A DNA stretch of 64,000 nt. Origin: Vicugna vicugna (lineage: Eukaryota). The notes under the pieces were generated by a model, which was given only the letters and a program-made list of their open reading frames with translations, was not told the DNA's origin and searched no databases. Position numbers and translations under genes: made by a program. The stretch covers positions 5,826,963 through 5,890,962 of the forward strand of contig MU061579.1 of NCBI GenBank assembly GCA_013265495.1. Reading direction: 5' to 3'. Below are positions 26,629 through 39,273 of the stretch, one piece after another. Each line of letters opens with the position of its first letter. Within the stretch, counting starts at the first letter, position 1.

Positions 26629-27234
26629 TGAAACAGAGTAGGACTCTGTTGGTCCCTCCCAAGTGAAAAAGCCTTTCAGTGCCCCCCATTTCTTATTTGA
26701 AAGAAAAAGACTTTCAGCCTCCTGGACCTGCCCTGCGTTCTGAAGGGCAGATTCAAGGGAAGTAAGAGAATACAGAAACAAAGGCAGTCAAGAAACAATA
26801 GTGCAGAGATGGGGCAGGGTCCTGGTTCCTCCGAAAGGGATACACATAACAATCTGATACATATCTCTGAGTTCTTCCACAGGAACAAAGGCCCCACCCT
26901 GGCAGAGGATGGGAACTTCAGACTGAGCTCAAGCACATGGACCCCAGAGTGGCTGGACTCAGAAGGCTGATGACTAAGAGTCCTGGAACACCACCCTGTT
27001 ACCTACCACTAGCCAATCAGAGTAGCTTACACACCCTGCAACCTCTGCCCCCTCCAAATTTTGCCTATAAAAATGCTTCCCTGAAACCCACTGGGGAGTT
27101 CAGGCTTTTTGACCATGAGCCGCCCATTCTCCTTGCTTGGCCCTTGCAGTAAACCTTTCTCTGCTCCAAACTCTGATGTTTCAGTTTCCTTGTCCTCACT
27201 GTGTGTCAGGTACATGAACTCAGGTTTGACAACA
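26629..27234 (+). mobile_element. ERV1-type solo LTR
   Basis: TGAAAC...ACAACA termini; CCAAT 27013, TATAAAA 27066 and AGTAAA 27148 in U3-R order; TSD poor (GTAT/ATAC). Confidence 0.85.
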
Positions 27235-29243
27235 ATACATCTTTTCAAACAGAAAGATAACTATCTTTACCACACCACGCTATTGGAGCCTTGTTTGTTA
27301 GTAGTTAACAAGTTTAAAATTAAGATTCAAATATAAAGTCATCATTTGAAATTGGTATTTGTTTTATTGTCAGACAGCTCTGTACAGTTTTCTTCACAAT
27401 TAACTATTAAGAAAATTATTTAATTCTTGGTTATAATTATTCATATGCACTTATTTATATACAGAATACATACTCCTTCTACTTTTGAGAAATCTAGAAC
27501 ACATTCATATATTCAATTTTTCATAGAATAAAGATGCTATCATAGTAATCTCAAATTAAAAGTTACACTAGAGTATTTTTTCCAAAATGTTTTTTCCATG
27601 CGCAAATCATGTTATATAACTCTTTGAAAAACAGTATTTACTCTTGTAAAAATCTTATAATCTAAATTATATTATTTATATTTATATATTTATATTATTA
27701 TATTGTTTTTAAATTTAAATGTATATTACAAACTAAGTTTAAAAAATGCCTGTGTAAATTATCTGGCAGTTTCTGTCTATGAAATTAAAAAGAACACTTT
27801 GCAAAAGAAAATAAATTCAGAGGAGGCAATGTTGTTCTTGACCTACCGTAAGTATAACAGTATATTTAAAAATATGAAATACGATCACCTAAAAAGTAAA
27901 ATGAATCACAAATAAAATGTCTGATATTAAAACTAGAGATGGTTACATACAGAATACATGGGAAGAAAATACAAAAATACAGTAGAATTAGGAAAAGCTA
28001 TCATACTTTCCTATAAATAGCAATTTCTGTTTTGGATTTAAGAATATGATTACCTTAATTTTATCTTAATGCTCCCAATGTCACATCATTAAGTGTATCT
28101 CATACACAGTTGTAATGCAGTAAAGATCCTATGATAAATATTTTTGAATATTTAGGACAAACTTCAAAGTATTAAAAAATCTACATGTCGTTTGATTAAA
28201 AAATTGTATTAATGATAACAGACTAATCTAAGGCAGGGTATTTTCAAGGAGATTGAGCAAATCTCACTTATACCAGTGGCAAAATTAATAGGATAATTCA
28301 TTCATAGCTAATTCCTCATTTTTATCATTTACTCTTGCCCACACAAAATTCAATTTAATCTGTCCCTCTTCAACACCTGCTCCGTACTACACATTGTGGT
28401 TGGTTGGAATGAAAAAATAATGGCACATTCCAATTCTATTCAGAGAAAATTAATGTTACCATGTTTTTAAATTATTTTAAAATACTTTCTATATGGAAGC
28501 TATGATATTATATGTAGATGTTGAGTCGGTTAATCTGTGCTCCAGGGACAGTCAGTTCCTAATCAGTCAATCGCACTTCAAGGGTAGTTTGCTATCATTT
28601 AATCAGAAAGCCACTCTGGAGTCAGCTTCGACAACTTCAGCTCTTCTTATCTTGAACAATGCCAGAAACATTAATTAGCAAAATAAGCATTAAAAATGGG
28701 TTTTCATTAGTAAAATTAGAAGCTTGTTTATGAGCAGACTGGATGTTTAAGAAGACTCTCCTTGGTGAAATATATATATATATATATTTTAAAGTGGGTG
28801 GGTTACAAATATTAGAGATTTTTCCTAACTAAATGTAAAATTTATCAGATTCTTCATCTTATACTTAGAACAGCAGACCTACACACCTATATGCCTATTA
28901 CTGCAGGTGCTTTGTTCCATCATTGGTTCTGAAGATTCCTGGTTGATTTAGAATCAATCTAGTCTTTTAGATGATTAGACAAATGTTGTGTTAGGATATT
29001 ACTGCATTTGCTTATGAGAACCTTTTCATGCAAGGTGGATTTATAGCACCTAAAAAAACTAAAATACGAATTTCTTTGAGCTCACAGAACAAGCTGTATT
29101 ACTGTTTAATGTCTGCTTGCTAAGAAGTGTATGTCTGAGCAGTCAAATTTGGTTTAGAACTTTCATTATGATCAGGTAGTGAGCTTTTGGAAGAATTTCT
29201 AATCCTCACCTACCACTAATCATAGACTTCCACCATTACAAAT

Positions 29244-29661
29244 TGCCAAATGAGAAAACGAAAATGATTTAACGATAAGTTTTATGTTCTTTATTCAAGG
29301 GAAAACAAAACAATGAATTGGAGGAGTACAATGTGTCACAAGCAGTCGTGCACTCTTTACAAGGGATTTTGGGCAAAATGAGTTTTATAGAGCTTTAGAA
29401 GAAGCAACATGGAAACAGGAGGTGATTGGCTAAGAGCTGGGGGATTTTCTTATAGGACTCGCAGGTCCTATTCCAGGGTAAGGTGAGCTAGCTAAAGTTG
29501 AGCTGGAGGATTGTGATTGGTGTACGTTAGATTTCCTTGACAAGTATTTCCCGTAAGTTGAGGCTGACTTTAGATTAAGGCTGACTTAGATTTGTGATGT
29601 GGGTCAGACCAAAGTGGCTTCCTCCATTTTGCAGATTCTGATATATAAATTAACTTTATCA
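29244..29661 (-). mobile_element. ERV solo LTR
   Basis: On the minus strand: CCAAT boxes (~29516, 29425), TATAAAA (~29383) and AATAAA (29290) in the right order; right end ...TTATCA. Confidence 0.65.
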
Positions 29662-30524
29662 CTGCCAAACAAACAATAAATAATGGAGCCCTGTCAGACC
29701 TGCTCTTAGTTTTTCTAATATTACAGACATATCTAGATAATATAAAATCGCCTTGAAATGGATATCACAGAAGCAAATGGCCATTTAGTCAATATCTGAT
29801 ATGCAGTGTTTGTTTAATGCTGTGATCTCACAGATTCTGTTAGTTATTAAGTAAATGGACACAATGATAGTGTTATTTGATGTTATTTAATTCTTCATTC
29901 TTTCATTCCACTAGAAACTCTGAGCATTTTCCACCAGAGTTTCAGTTTACCATGGAAATGAGTTTATATAAAGGATTTTTTCTCCTGAATCTTTATATGC
30001 ATGGCAAGAAACAGAATAGACCAACTATTATAGTATCAGAGCATTCTTCTACCTAAGAAGCTGTTGATTCACTTCCAGTTGTGGGGGGGAAAGTGGTTAC
30101 TCTAATCCCTGGTACTCAGACACATTAAATGGTCTGTATTTCCTAGTTTACAAGAAACAACTAGATTTGGATGCCAACTTAATGTATTCAACAGAGTGAG
30201 AAGGAAGTAATTTCTCAGGGTGAGAAGCAAACATTTCCTCTCTTGTGAACCTGCTTGGCTTTGTCTTCAAAGGGAGCATATAATTATTGCAAGATCAAGA
30301 ATAATTCAGAAAAGCTTAAAAATTGAATCATTAGGCAATGGATTAGGATAACACAGTAAAGGGGCAATTAAAATCCAGTATTGGTGAATAAATAATGATC
30401 TGCTAAAAGTGCTAAAGGCATCCTAAATATAAGATGGAGAAAAACAGCACTTTTTAAAAAAATTTGGAAACACTCAGTTTACATTTATTTTATAAATAAT
30501 CACAGATATTCAAATAAAAATATT

Positions 30525-31800
30525 CCTTTTTATTGAAGTATAGCTGATTTTTAATGTTGTGTTGGTTTCAGGTGTATAGCAAAGTGATGCAGTTATATAT
30601 ATATACATATATATATTCTTTTTCAGATTCTTTTCCATTATAGATTATTAGACTGGGATTTCAAAATTGTAGAATAGATAAACAAGATTACACTGTATAG
30701 CACAGGGAAATATACACAAAATGTTATGATAAATCACAGAGAAAAAAATGTGATGTGACGTGTGTATATGTCCATGAATGACTGAAAAATTGTGCTGAAC
30801 ACTGGAATTTGACACAACATTGTAAAATGATTATAAATCAATAAAAAATGTTAAGAAAAAAAGATATTGAATTCCTGGGCTACACAGTTCCCTGTGCTAT
30901 ACAGTAGGTCATTGTTAGTAATCTTTTTTATATATATGTTAATCCCAAACTCCTAATTTATCCCTCCCTACCCCTTCCCCTTTGGTAATCATCAGTTTGT
31001 TTTCTATGTCTGTGAGTTGCTTCTATTTCTAGAAATTGTCTATTATTGTAAAGTTTATTTGTATCACTTTTTAGATTCCATATATAAGTGATATTATGAT
31101 ACTTGTCTTTCTTTGTCTGACTTACTTCATTTAGTATGATAATCTCTAGGTCCATCCATGTTGCTGCAAATGGCATTATTTCATTCTTTTTTATGGATAA
31201 GTAGCATTCCATTGCATACAAATACCACATCTTCTTTATCCACTCATCTGTCGATGGACATTTGTTTCCACGTCTTGGTTATTGTAAATAGTGCTGCTGT
31301 CAACATTGGGGTGCATGTATCTTTTCAAATTAGAGTTCCCTCCGGATATATGCCCAGGAGTTGGATTGCTAGATCATATGGTAAGTCTATTTTTAGTAAG
31401 GAACTTCCATACTGTTATCCATAATGGCTGCACCAAATTACCTTCCCACCAACAGTGTAGGAAGGTTCCTTTTCCTCCATATCTTCTCTAGTATCTATTA
31501 CTTGTAGACTTTTTGATGATGGCTATTCTGACCCATGTGAGGTGATACCTCATTGTAATTTTGGTTTGCATTTCTCTAATAATTAATAATGTTTGCCTGT
31601 TGGCCATCTGCATGTCTTCTTTGGAGAAATATCTATTTAAATCCATTTTTAATTGGGTTGTTTGTTTTTGTTTGATATTGAGCTGTATGAGCTATTTGTA
31701 TATTTTGGAAATTAATCTCTTGTTGGTTGCATTGTTTGCAAATATTTTCTTCCATTCTGTAGGTTGTCTTCTCATTTTGTTTATGATTTCCTCTGCTGTG
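30525..31800 (-). mobile_element. 5'-truncated L1 (ORF2 C-terminus and 3' UTR)
   Basis: ORF 30958-31230 ends [29 protein letters not shown] 31692-31931 includes RQPTEWKKIFAN. Confidence 0.95.
30651..30862 (+). mobile_element. Young ~210-bp L1 3' end inserted antisense into the older L1
   Basis: Nearly identical to 60010-60219; ends AATAAAAAATGTTAAGAAAAAAA. Confidence 0.92.
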
Positions 31801-31834
31801 AGACACATTTTATGTATACAAATGAAATAAGAGA

Positions 31835-31972
31835 GGGGAGGAGGGTATAGCTCAGTGATAAAGCGCATGCTTAGCATGCATGTGGTCCTGGGTTCAATTC
31901 CCAGTACTTCACCAGGAAAAAATAAACACACATAGTTACTCCCCCCAAAATAAATAAATAAATAAATAAAAG
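31835..31972 (+). mobile_element. tRNA-derived SINE (camelid vic-1-like)
   Basis: A box TAGCTCAGTGATA, B box GGTTCAATTCC, (AAAT)n tail; TSD AATGAAATAAGAGA 31821-31834 vs AAAGACATAAGAGA 31973-31986. Confidence 0.88.
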
Positions 31973-32659
31973 AAAGACATAAGAGAATGTTGATTTATAG
32001 GAAACAAATAAAGAAAAAAAATTTAAAACAGTTATTTTTACCTCTTCCCCATATATCTAATCTCTGGTTTAAAAATATAAGTAAAAGGTTTTGCTTTAAA
32101 TACTAGAAACAAAAATAATAATGATTAAACACAGGTTTTACATTTTAAGTTGAAACTTTTAATGTCACCAGATAGTGAAAGGCTTCTCAAAAGATCTAAA
32201 GTATTGCCTAAAGATAAAAGCATACTCAGAATTAAACATATGCATATTGACTGAACTCCATGAGAGTTATCATATGGAATTAAGATAATTATCTTGTAAA
32301 CTCATTATACATTTCTAATTATTTTGACAAATTCTGGGAGTGTTAGACCAATATCAAAAGGCACAGGATGTGGAGAAATCTTCATAAATAGAAATGACTG
32401 ATTAATTAAAAATGTTGAAATAAAAATAGAAATGATACGCATATAATGAAAAAATGAGGAAATGTCAGATCATTTAAAAGGTAAAAATGGTGCTTAAAAG
32501 AACACATTTCTACAGTATTATGTATGCACTTAGCATAAAGAAAATGTATGAGAAACAGTATCATTGTCCTAACAATGGCTAATTAGCAATTTATGATTGA
32601 ACATATCTCAATTATCTCATTTAATTTTCATATCAACACTATGAAGCTGCTCATTACAA

Positions 32660-35600
32660 AATGATCATCACGAGGAATCTATTTACCATCTTCTCCATAC
32701 AAAATTATTATATTATTAACTGTATTCCCTGAACTGGGATGTACATTACATCCCAATAACATTTATTTTATAACTGGAAGTTTGTACTGCTTAATCTTCT
32801 TCACCTATTTCACTCATCCCCCCATCATCCTCCCCTCTGGCAACCAATAGTTTGTTCTCTGTGTATATAATTCTGTTTCATTATGTCTGTTCTTTTGTCT
32901 TGTTTTTTAGATTCTACATGTAAGTGAAATCATATAGTATTTGTCTTTCTCTGACTTATTTCACTTAGCATAATACCCTATAGGTCCATCCATGTTATAG
33001 CAAATGGCAAGATTTCATTCTTTTCTTATGACTAATAGTCCATTGTGTGTATACACACCACATCTTCTTTAGGTATTCAGCCATTAATGGGACCTTACCT
33101 GCTTCCATATCTTAGCTATTATAAATAATGTTGCAATGAACACAGGGGTGCCATATCTTATTGAATTAGTGTTTTTGTTTTCTTCATAAAAATACATAGA
33201 AGTAGAATTGCTGGATCATATGGTGGTTTGTTTTTTTTTTTTTTTTTACTTAATTTTTTGAGGAACTTCTGTACTCTGGAACAATTTACATTCCCACTGA
33301 CATTGTGCTAGAGTTCTCATTCTCCAAGTTCTGGCCAGCACTTGTTATTTGTTGTCTTCTTGATGTGTTTCCCTGATGATTGGTGATGTTAAGCATTTTT
33401 TCATGTTTATATGTCTTCTTTGGAAAAAAAAAAGTCTATTCAAGTCCTCTGTCTGTTTCCTAACCACTTATTTTTTTTAATGTTGAGTTGTATGAGTTCT
33501 TTGTATATTTTGGCTATTAAGCCCTCATCAGATACATCATTTGAAAATATCTTCTCCTATTCAGTAGGCAGCCTTTTCCTTTATTGATAGCTTCCTTTGC
33601 TGTGCAAAAGCTTTTTAGTTTGAAGTAGTTCAATTTGTTTATCTTTGCTTTTGTTTCCCTTGCCTGAGGAGACAGGTCCAAAAAAAATATATTGCTAAGA
33701 CCAATGTCAAAGAACATGCTGCTTATTTTCTATGTTTTCTTCTAGGAGTTTAATGGTTTCTGGTCTTACATTTAAGTATCTAAATCATTTTTAGTTTATT
33801 TTTGTATATGGTATGAGAAAGTAGTCCAGTTTGATTCACTTTTCAGGTAGCTGTCCAGTTTTCCCAACATCTTTTATTGAAAATGCTCTTTCCCCCCATT
33901 GTATTTTTTGGCATCATTTGTCATTTAATAATTGACCATGTAAGCATGGGTTTATTTCTGGCTCTATTCTGTTCCATTGGTCTATGTGTCTGTTTTTGTG
34001 CCAGTACTATACTGTTTTGATTACTGTAGCTTTGTAGTATAATTTGAAATCAAGGGCATGATACCTACAGCTTTGTTTTTTCTTAAGACTGATTGGTTAT
34101 TTGGGGTCTTTTATGTGTCCATACAAGTTTTAGAATTATTTGTTCTAGTTCTGTGAACAATGTTATTGGTATTTTGATAAGGATTTCATTGAATCTGTAG
34201 ATTGTCTTGGGCAGTATGATTATTTTAACAATATAAATGATTTCAATTCTTGAGCATGGTATATCTTTCCATCTGTGTTGTCACCTTCAGTTTTGTTCAA
34301 TGTCTTTTAGTTTTTGGGGTATGGATTTTTTCCCTCTTTGGTTAGATTTATTTAGGTATTTTTTTATTTACCCTTTGATTTCTTTGCTGACCCTTTTGTG
34401 GCTTAGTAACATGTTGTTTAGCCTCCACATGTTTGTGTTTTTGTAATTTCTTGTAGTTGATTTCTAGTCTCATAGAATTATGTTTGGAAAGATGTTTGAC
34501 ACCATTTCAATCTTAAATTTACTGAGACTTCTTTTGTGGCCTAGCATGTGATCTATCCTGGAGAATGTTCCATACGTAATTGAAAAGAATGTGTATTCTG
34601 TTTTGTATGAAATGTTCTACACATACCTATTAAGTTCTACTGGTCTAAAATGTCACGTAAGATCAGTGTTTCCTTATTGATCTTCTGTCTGGATGATCTG
34701 TCCATTGATGTAAGTGGGGTGCTAAAGTCTTACTCTTCTTGTGTTATTGTCAATTTCACCACTTATGTCTGTTAATATTTGCTTTATGTATTTGTGTGCT
34801 ACTATGTTAGGTGTATATACATTTACAACCGTTATATATTCTTCTTGGATTGATCCCTTGGTCATTATGTAGTGTCTATTTTTTTTTTTTTTTTGTCTCT
34901 TGTAACAGTATTTATTTTAAAGTTTATTTTGTCTGGTATAAGTATTACTACCCTTGTTTTCTTTTGATTTCCATTTTCATGGAATATCTTTTTCCATACC
35001 CTAGCTTTCAGTATGGATGTGTCTTCAGATCTAAAGTGAGTCTCTTGCAGGATGAATATATATCATTTTTGTTCCTTTGTTCTTTTTCTCTCTTCCCTTG
35101 TGATTTGATGACTATTTTTGGTATTATGTTTGGATCCCTTTCTCTCCGTTGTGTGTGTACGTATTACGAATTTTATGTTTTATATTTATATATGATTAGT
35201 TTAAATTGATAATCTCTTAGGTCCAAACACATACTAACAACCCACTTTTTCCTTCTGCTCCCTACTGTTAAATGTTTTTACATTATAATTTTACTGTTTT
35301 TTTGGTTTTGTGTACTTCTTAACTATTTGTTGTTGTGTATGTGAATGATCTTACAACATTTATCTTTTAACCTTCTTTTAGCTTTATAAGTGATTGATCT
35401 ATTACCTTTACTGTGTGTTTACCTTTATCAATGAGATTTTCCCTGTCAAATTTTCATATTTGTGTTGTGATCTTGTCTTTTCCATTTAGAAGTCTCTTAA
35501 ATATTTCTTGTAAATCCAGTTTGGCAATTCTGAGTTCTTTTCATTTTTGCTTGTCTGTAAAGTTTTTTATATCTTCTTCAAATCTTAATGATAGCCTTGC

Positions 35601-36750
35601 CAGGTAAAGTACTCTTGATTGTAAGTTTTTCCTTTCATCACTTTTAATGCATTATGCCACTCCTTTCTAGAGAGTTTCTGCTTAAAAGTCAGCTCATTGT
35701 CTTATGGGAGTTCCCTTGTACATAACTAGTTGCTTTTCTCCTGCTGCTTTAAAAATTCTCTATCTTTAATTTTTGCCATTTAAATTATAATGTGTCTTTT
35801 TGTGGATGTCTTTGGGTGATCTTGTTTGAGACTCTCTGTGCTTCACAGACCTGGATTCTTTTTTCTTTCCCAGGTTAATGAGGTTTTCAACTATTACTTT
35901 TAAAATAATTTTTCTGCCCCTTCATCTCTCACTTTTTCTTTTGGGACCTCAATAATGTAAATTTTAGTATGCTTGATAGTTGTCCCAGAGTTGTCTTAAA
36001 CTATTCTCATTTTTAAAATTCATTTTTCCTTTTTCTTTACAGCTTGGGTGATTTCTTACTATCTTCCAGTTCCCTGATCTGTTCCTCTGTATCATCTAAT
36101 CTACTGTTGATTCCTTCTTATATATTTTTAATTTCAGTTTTGTATCCTTCAGCTCTGTTTGGGTATTCTTTCTACTTTCTAACTCTTTGTTAAAATTGTC
36201 ACTGTGTTCATTTATTCTTCTCCAAAGTTCATTGAGAATCTTTATGATTATTACCTGAAACTCTTTATCTGGTAAATTGCTTATCTCCACTTTGCTAAAT
36301 TCTTCTGTAGTTTTGTCCTGCGCCTTCATTTGGATCATATTCCTCTGTCTCCTCATTTTGCCTACTTCTCTATGTTTATTTCTGTATGTTAGGTAATTCA
36401 GTTACATATCCCAATCTTGGAGAAGTGGTCCTATGTAGTGGGATGTCCTATGGGGCTCAGGAGCACACTGCCCTCAGATCACCAGAGCTATATGCTTTAG
36501 GGTGCCCACTGTTCAGGCTGCATAAACTCTTCTGGTGTGACAAGGCTGACTATTATAGGCATGCTCATAGGTGAGGCTAGACCCTGGCCATGTTGGCTGC
36601 CAGGCCCTACCTCATGCAGTAGCTTCTAGCCCACTAGTTAGTCGGATGAGGTCCTGGCATGGCTGGCTGTGTGTTCCAGTGAGTCCTGAAGGTGGTGCTA
36701 ACTGCTGGTGAGCAGAGCCAGCCCTGCAATGTCTGGCTGCAGGGCCCCAG
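32660..36750 (-). mobile_element. Older L1 spanning 5' UTR, ORF1, ORF2 and 3' UTR, with large internal deletions
   Basis: ORF1 N-terminus MRRQRNMIQMKAQDK..NLPDKEF (36096-36356); ORF1 end ~35486; endonuclease LQETH ~35040; jump at ~34355 to late ORF2 (LKSFCTAKE, 33517-33717); 3' UTR to ~32660. Confidence 0.93.
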
Positions 36751-38753
36751 AATGTTTTTTATTACTTTGCCTTGGGAGTCATGATTACAGCTTCCAGGAT
36801 ATCTACAGAAAGACTATGATGTACATAAAAAGCATACACATATGGGCACCAGACAGGTTTGCTTCAAATGGGAAAAAAACAAAACAAAAACTCTAAACAG
36901 ACCTTCTTTAGAGACAAAGGAGTAGTGTGTTGCTCTTGGAGAAAATTGAGATTGTGTGGTAACCCCATGTTTAACTCTGTCATACCAGATATTCATTTTG
37001 CTTAGACACAAGGTTATTCCTTCAACCCTATGTGGTCCAGAAGGAAGTCATTAGGCAGATTTGCTTCAACATTGGGTGCCCAGCTAGAAAGCATTCCACA
37101 AGGCCTTGCCCAATGGTGTAGCAGAAAAAGAGCCACAGTAATTTTTTACTGAATTTATTATTACTTCTAGCAAGTTTGCTACATTTTTTAAGTCTCCATG
37201 GAAATGTCTTTGAGAGCTGAGTTCTAAGGTGAGAGGCATGCAAATATAGGTAACAGAGCCTAAAAGTGATGCAAGTACAAGTTCTCTTTATATCACTAAA
37301 GACTTTGTAGCAATAAATCCAGAAGCTTAAAGCAAATGAAAGTTGTAAATAAGACTTTTCTCAAAGCTCACAATTTGACCCCTCAGCAGTCATATTTGGA
37401 AACTTGGGACAATTGTGACATCCCATTAAGTCTCAAAAGGAATTTTTCATCAGAAATTTTGCCAATCCAATTAGAAGAAAAATGGGTGTGCTAGTGTTTT
37501 GGGCTATATAAATGTAGATGCATGTCTGTTTGTGTGTGTTTCTGTATATACTAGCTAGGCTAGGACCTGACATCTTTAGAGAAATGAATAAAATTCAATG
37601 TGACCAAAACACATCATGCACTTCAGAAAATGATGTAATGAACATATTTTCACTAGATGTCCAAAAATATTAGTTTGAAATCACTTTGATTGAGATTATA
37701 TATCTTAAATTTTCATAATATCTAGTTTTAGCATGTCTTTTTAATTTAAGAAGTTTGGAGAGCATCCAGAGCAGAGAAATTTAAATAAAGAAGTCGACAC
37801 AATATCTTAAGTGAAAAAGTTAGAGGAGCTAAATTTATAGAACTTAGCAAGAAAAAAAATTTATAAATATTTGAAAGGTGTGAAGAGGAAGAAGTAAAAG
37901 CAGTTATTTAGCATAACTCACAGGAATATGATATAATAGAATAGAATAATATCAAAAAGAAAAACTCCTTTTATGTTACCCTCAAAATATCATAATTTCA
38001 TTTAAAAAAAGAGTAAATAAAACATAATTTCCACTTTTGTAGCTTTGATTCCATTAATATAATTAATGAAATCTTATATTGACTTGTAAGATAGTGTGCA
38101 TTTGACAATGCCAATTATGGTAACAACAACAACAAGAATTGTTAATACAATCTGCATGCACTATCTAACTCATTTAATTTTTACAATAATTCTGTGAGAC
38201 CCTATTATGGTTTTACAGATGAGGAAACTGAGGTAAAGAGAAGTAAAGGAGAATGATAAAGCCTAATCATTTATATTTTTGTATTATTAAATATATTTAA
38301 TATTAGATAAAATACTCTAGTATTAATAATCTAATAATTCACATCAAACATAAATTGTCAGTAATGCAATGAGTGATCACTGGTTTGGCTACTATTAAAA
38401 ATGTAACAAGGTAATTGAAATGCACAATTATTCAAAATAAATATTCTAATTTACCAGATTTGTCTGTAACTAGATTATGTTTATATGTTCATATATAATT
38501 GGTTGTATAGCTCACACAAGAGAACACATGACAATTGGAAGCCCCCTACTGTTATTCTTTTAAGCATCCTTATATTTGGATTGTATCATTAATTATAATA
38601 GTCAACAATAATTTATTACTACATATATTCAGAATAAGAACCATTCTAAGCCCTTATATCTTGGGGATATAACCAAGAGCAAGAATATTAAGGTCACTGT
38701 TCTTATGGAATATACCTCTAGATGGGAAGAAAAAATATAATAAACAAACACAC

Positions 38754-38813
38754 TGCATAATCAGGGTTCTTCAGAGAAACCAGTAAGATAGATAACAAAT
38801 TAGATGGATAGAT

Positions 38814-38858
<45 letters not shown>

Positions 38859-39273
38859 AGAGATCTATTGCAAGGAACAGTTCATGCAGTTATGGAGGCT
38901 GGCAAGTGCAGGGTGGGCTGTAGCCTGGAGACTCAGGAGGAACCAATGATGCAGTTCCAGGTCAAAGGCCATGAGGCTAGAAGACCAGGGAGAGCTGATG
39001 TTTCAATTCAAGTCTGAAAGCCATCCACTGGAGAGTTTCTCTTGCTGGGGTTAGGGAAGATCAGCCTTTAAAAAAAAAAAAATCAGGCCTTCTACTGATT
39101 GGACAAGGCCCACCCACATTATAGAAGGTAAACTGCTTTACTCAAAGTCCTCTGATTTAAAGGTTAATCTCATTCAAATACATCCACAAAGAAACACCCA
39201 GAAAAATATTTAACCAAATATCTAGTCACCCTCCATGACCCAGCAAAGTTGACACATAAATTTAACATGTTAC
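38754..39273 (-). mobile_element. MLT2 (ERVL) solo LTR with internal (GATA)n, within an L2 relic
   Basis: CAGGGTTCTTCAGAGAAAC...TTATGGAGGCTGGCAAG...ACTGATTGGACAAGGCCCACCCACATTAT...AAGTTGACACATAAA; (GATA)n at ~38808-38857. Confidence 0.85.

Noticed and set aside
26629..27234. 3' LTR of the pol-env provirus
   Set aside because: Separated from env by unrelated old L1-like and unique sequence; no polypurine tract; no similarity to the fragment at 21771
31835..31915. tRNA gene-like A/B boxes
   Set aside because: A-rich tail and TSD, no T-run terminator: this is a SINE
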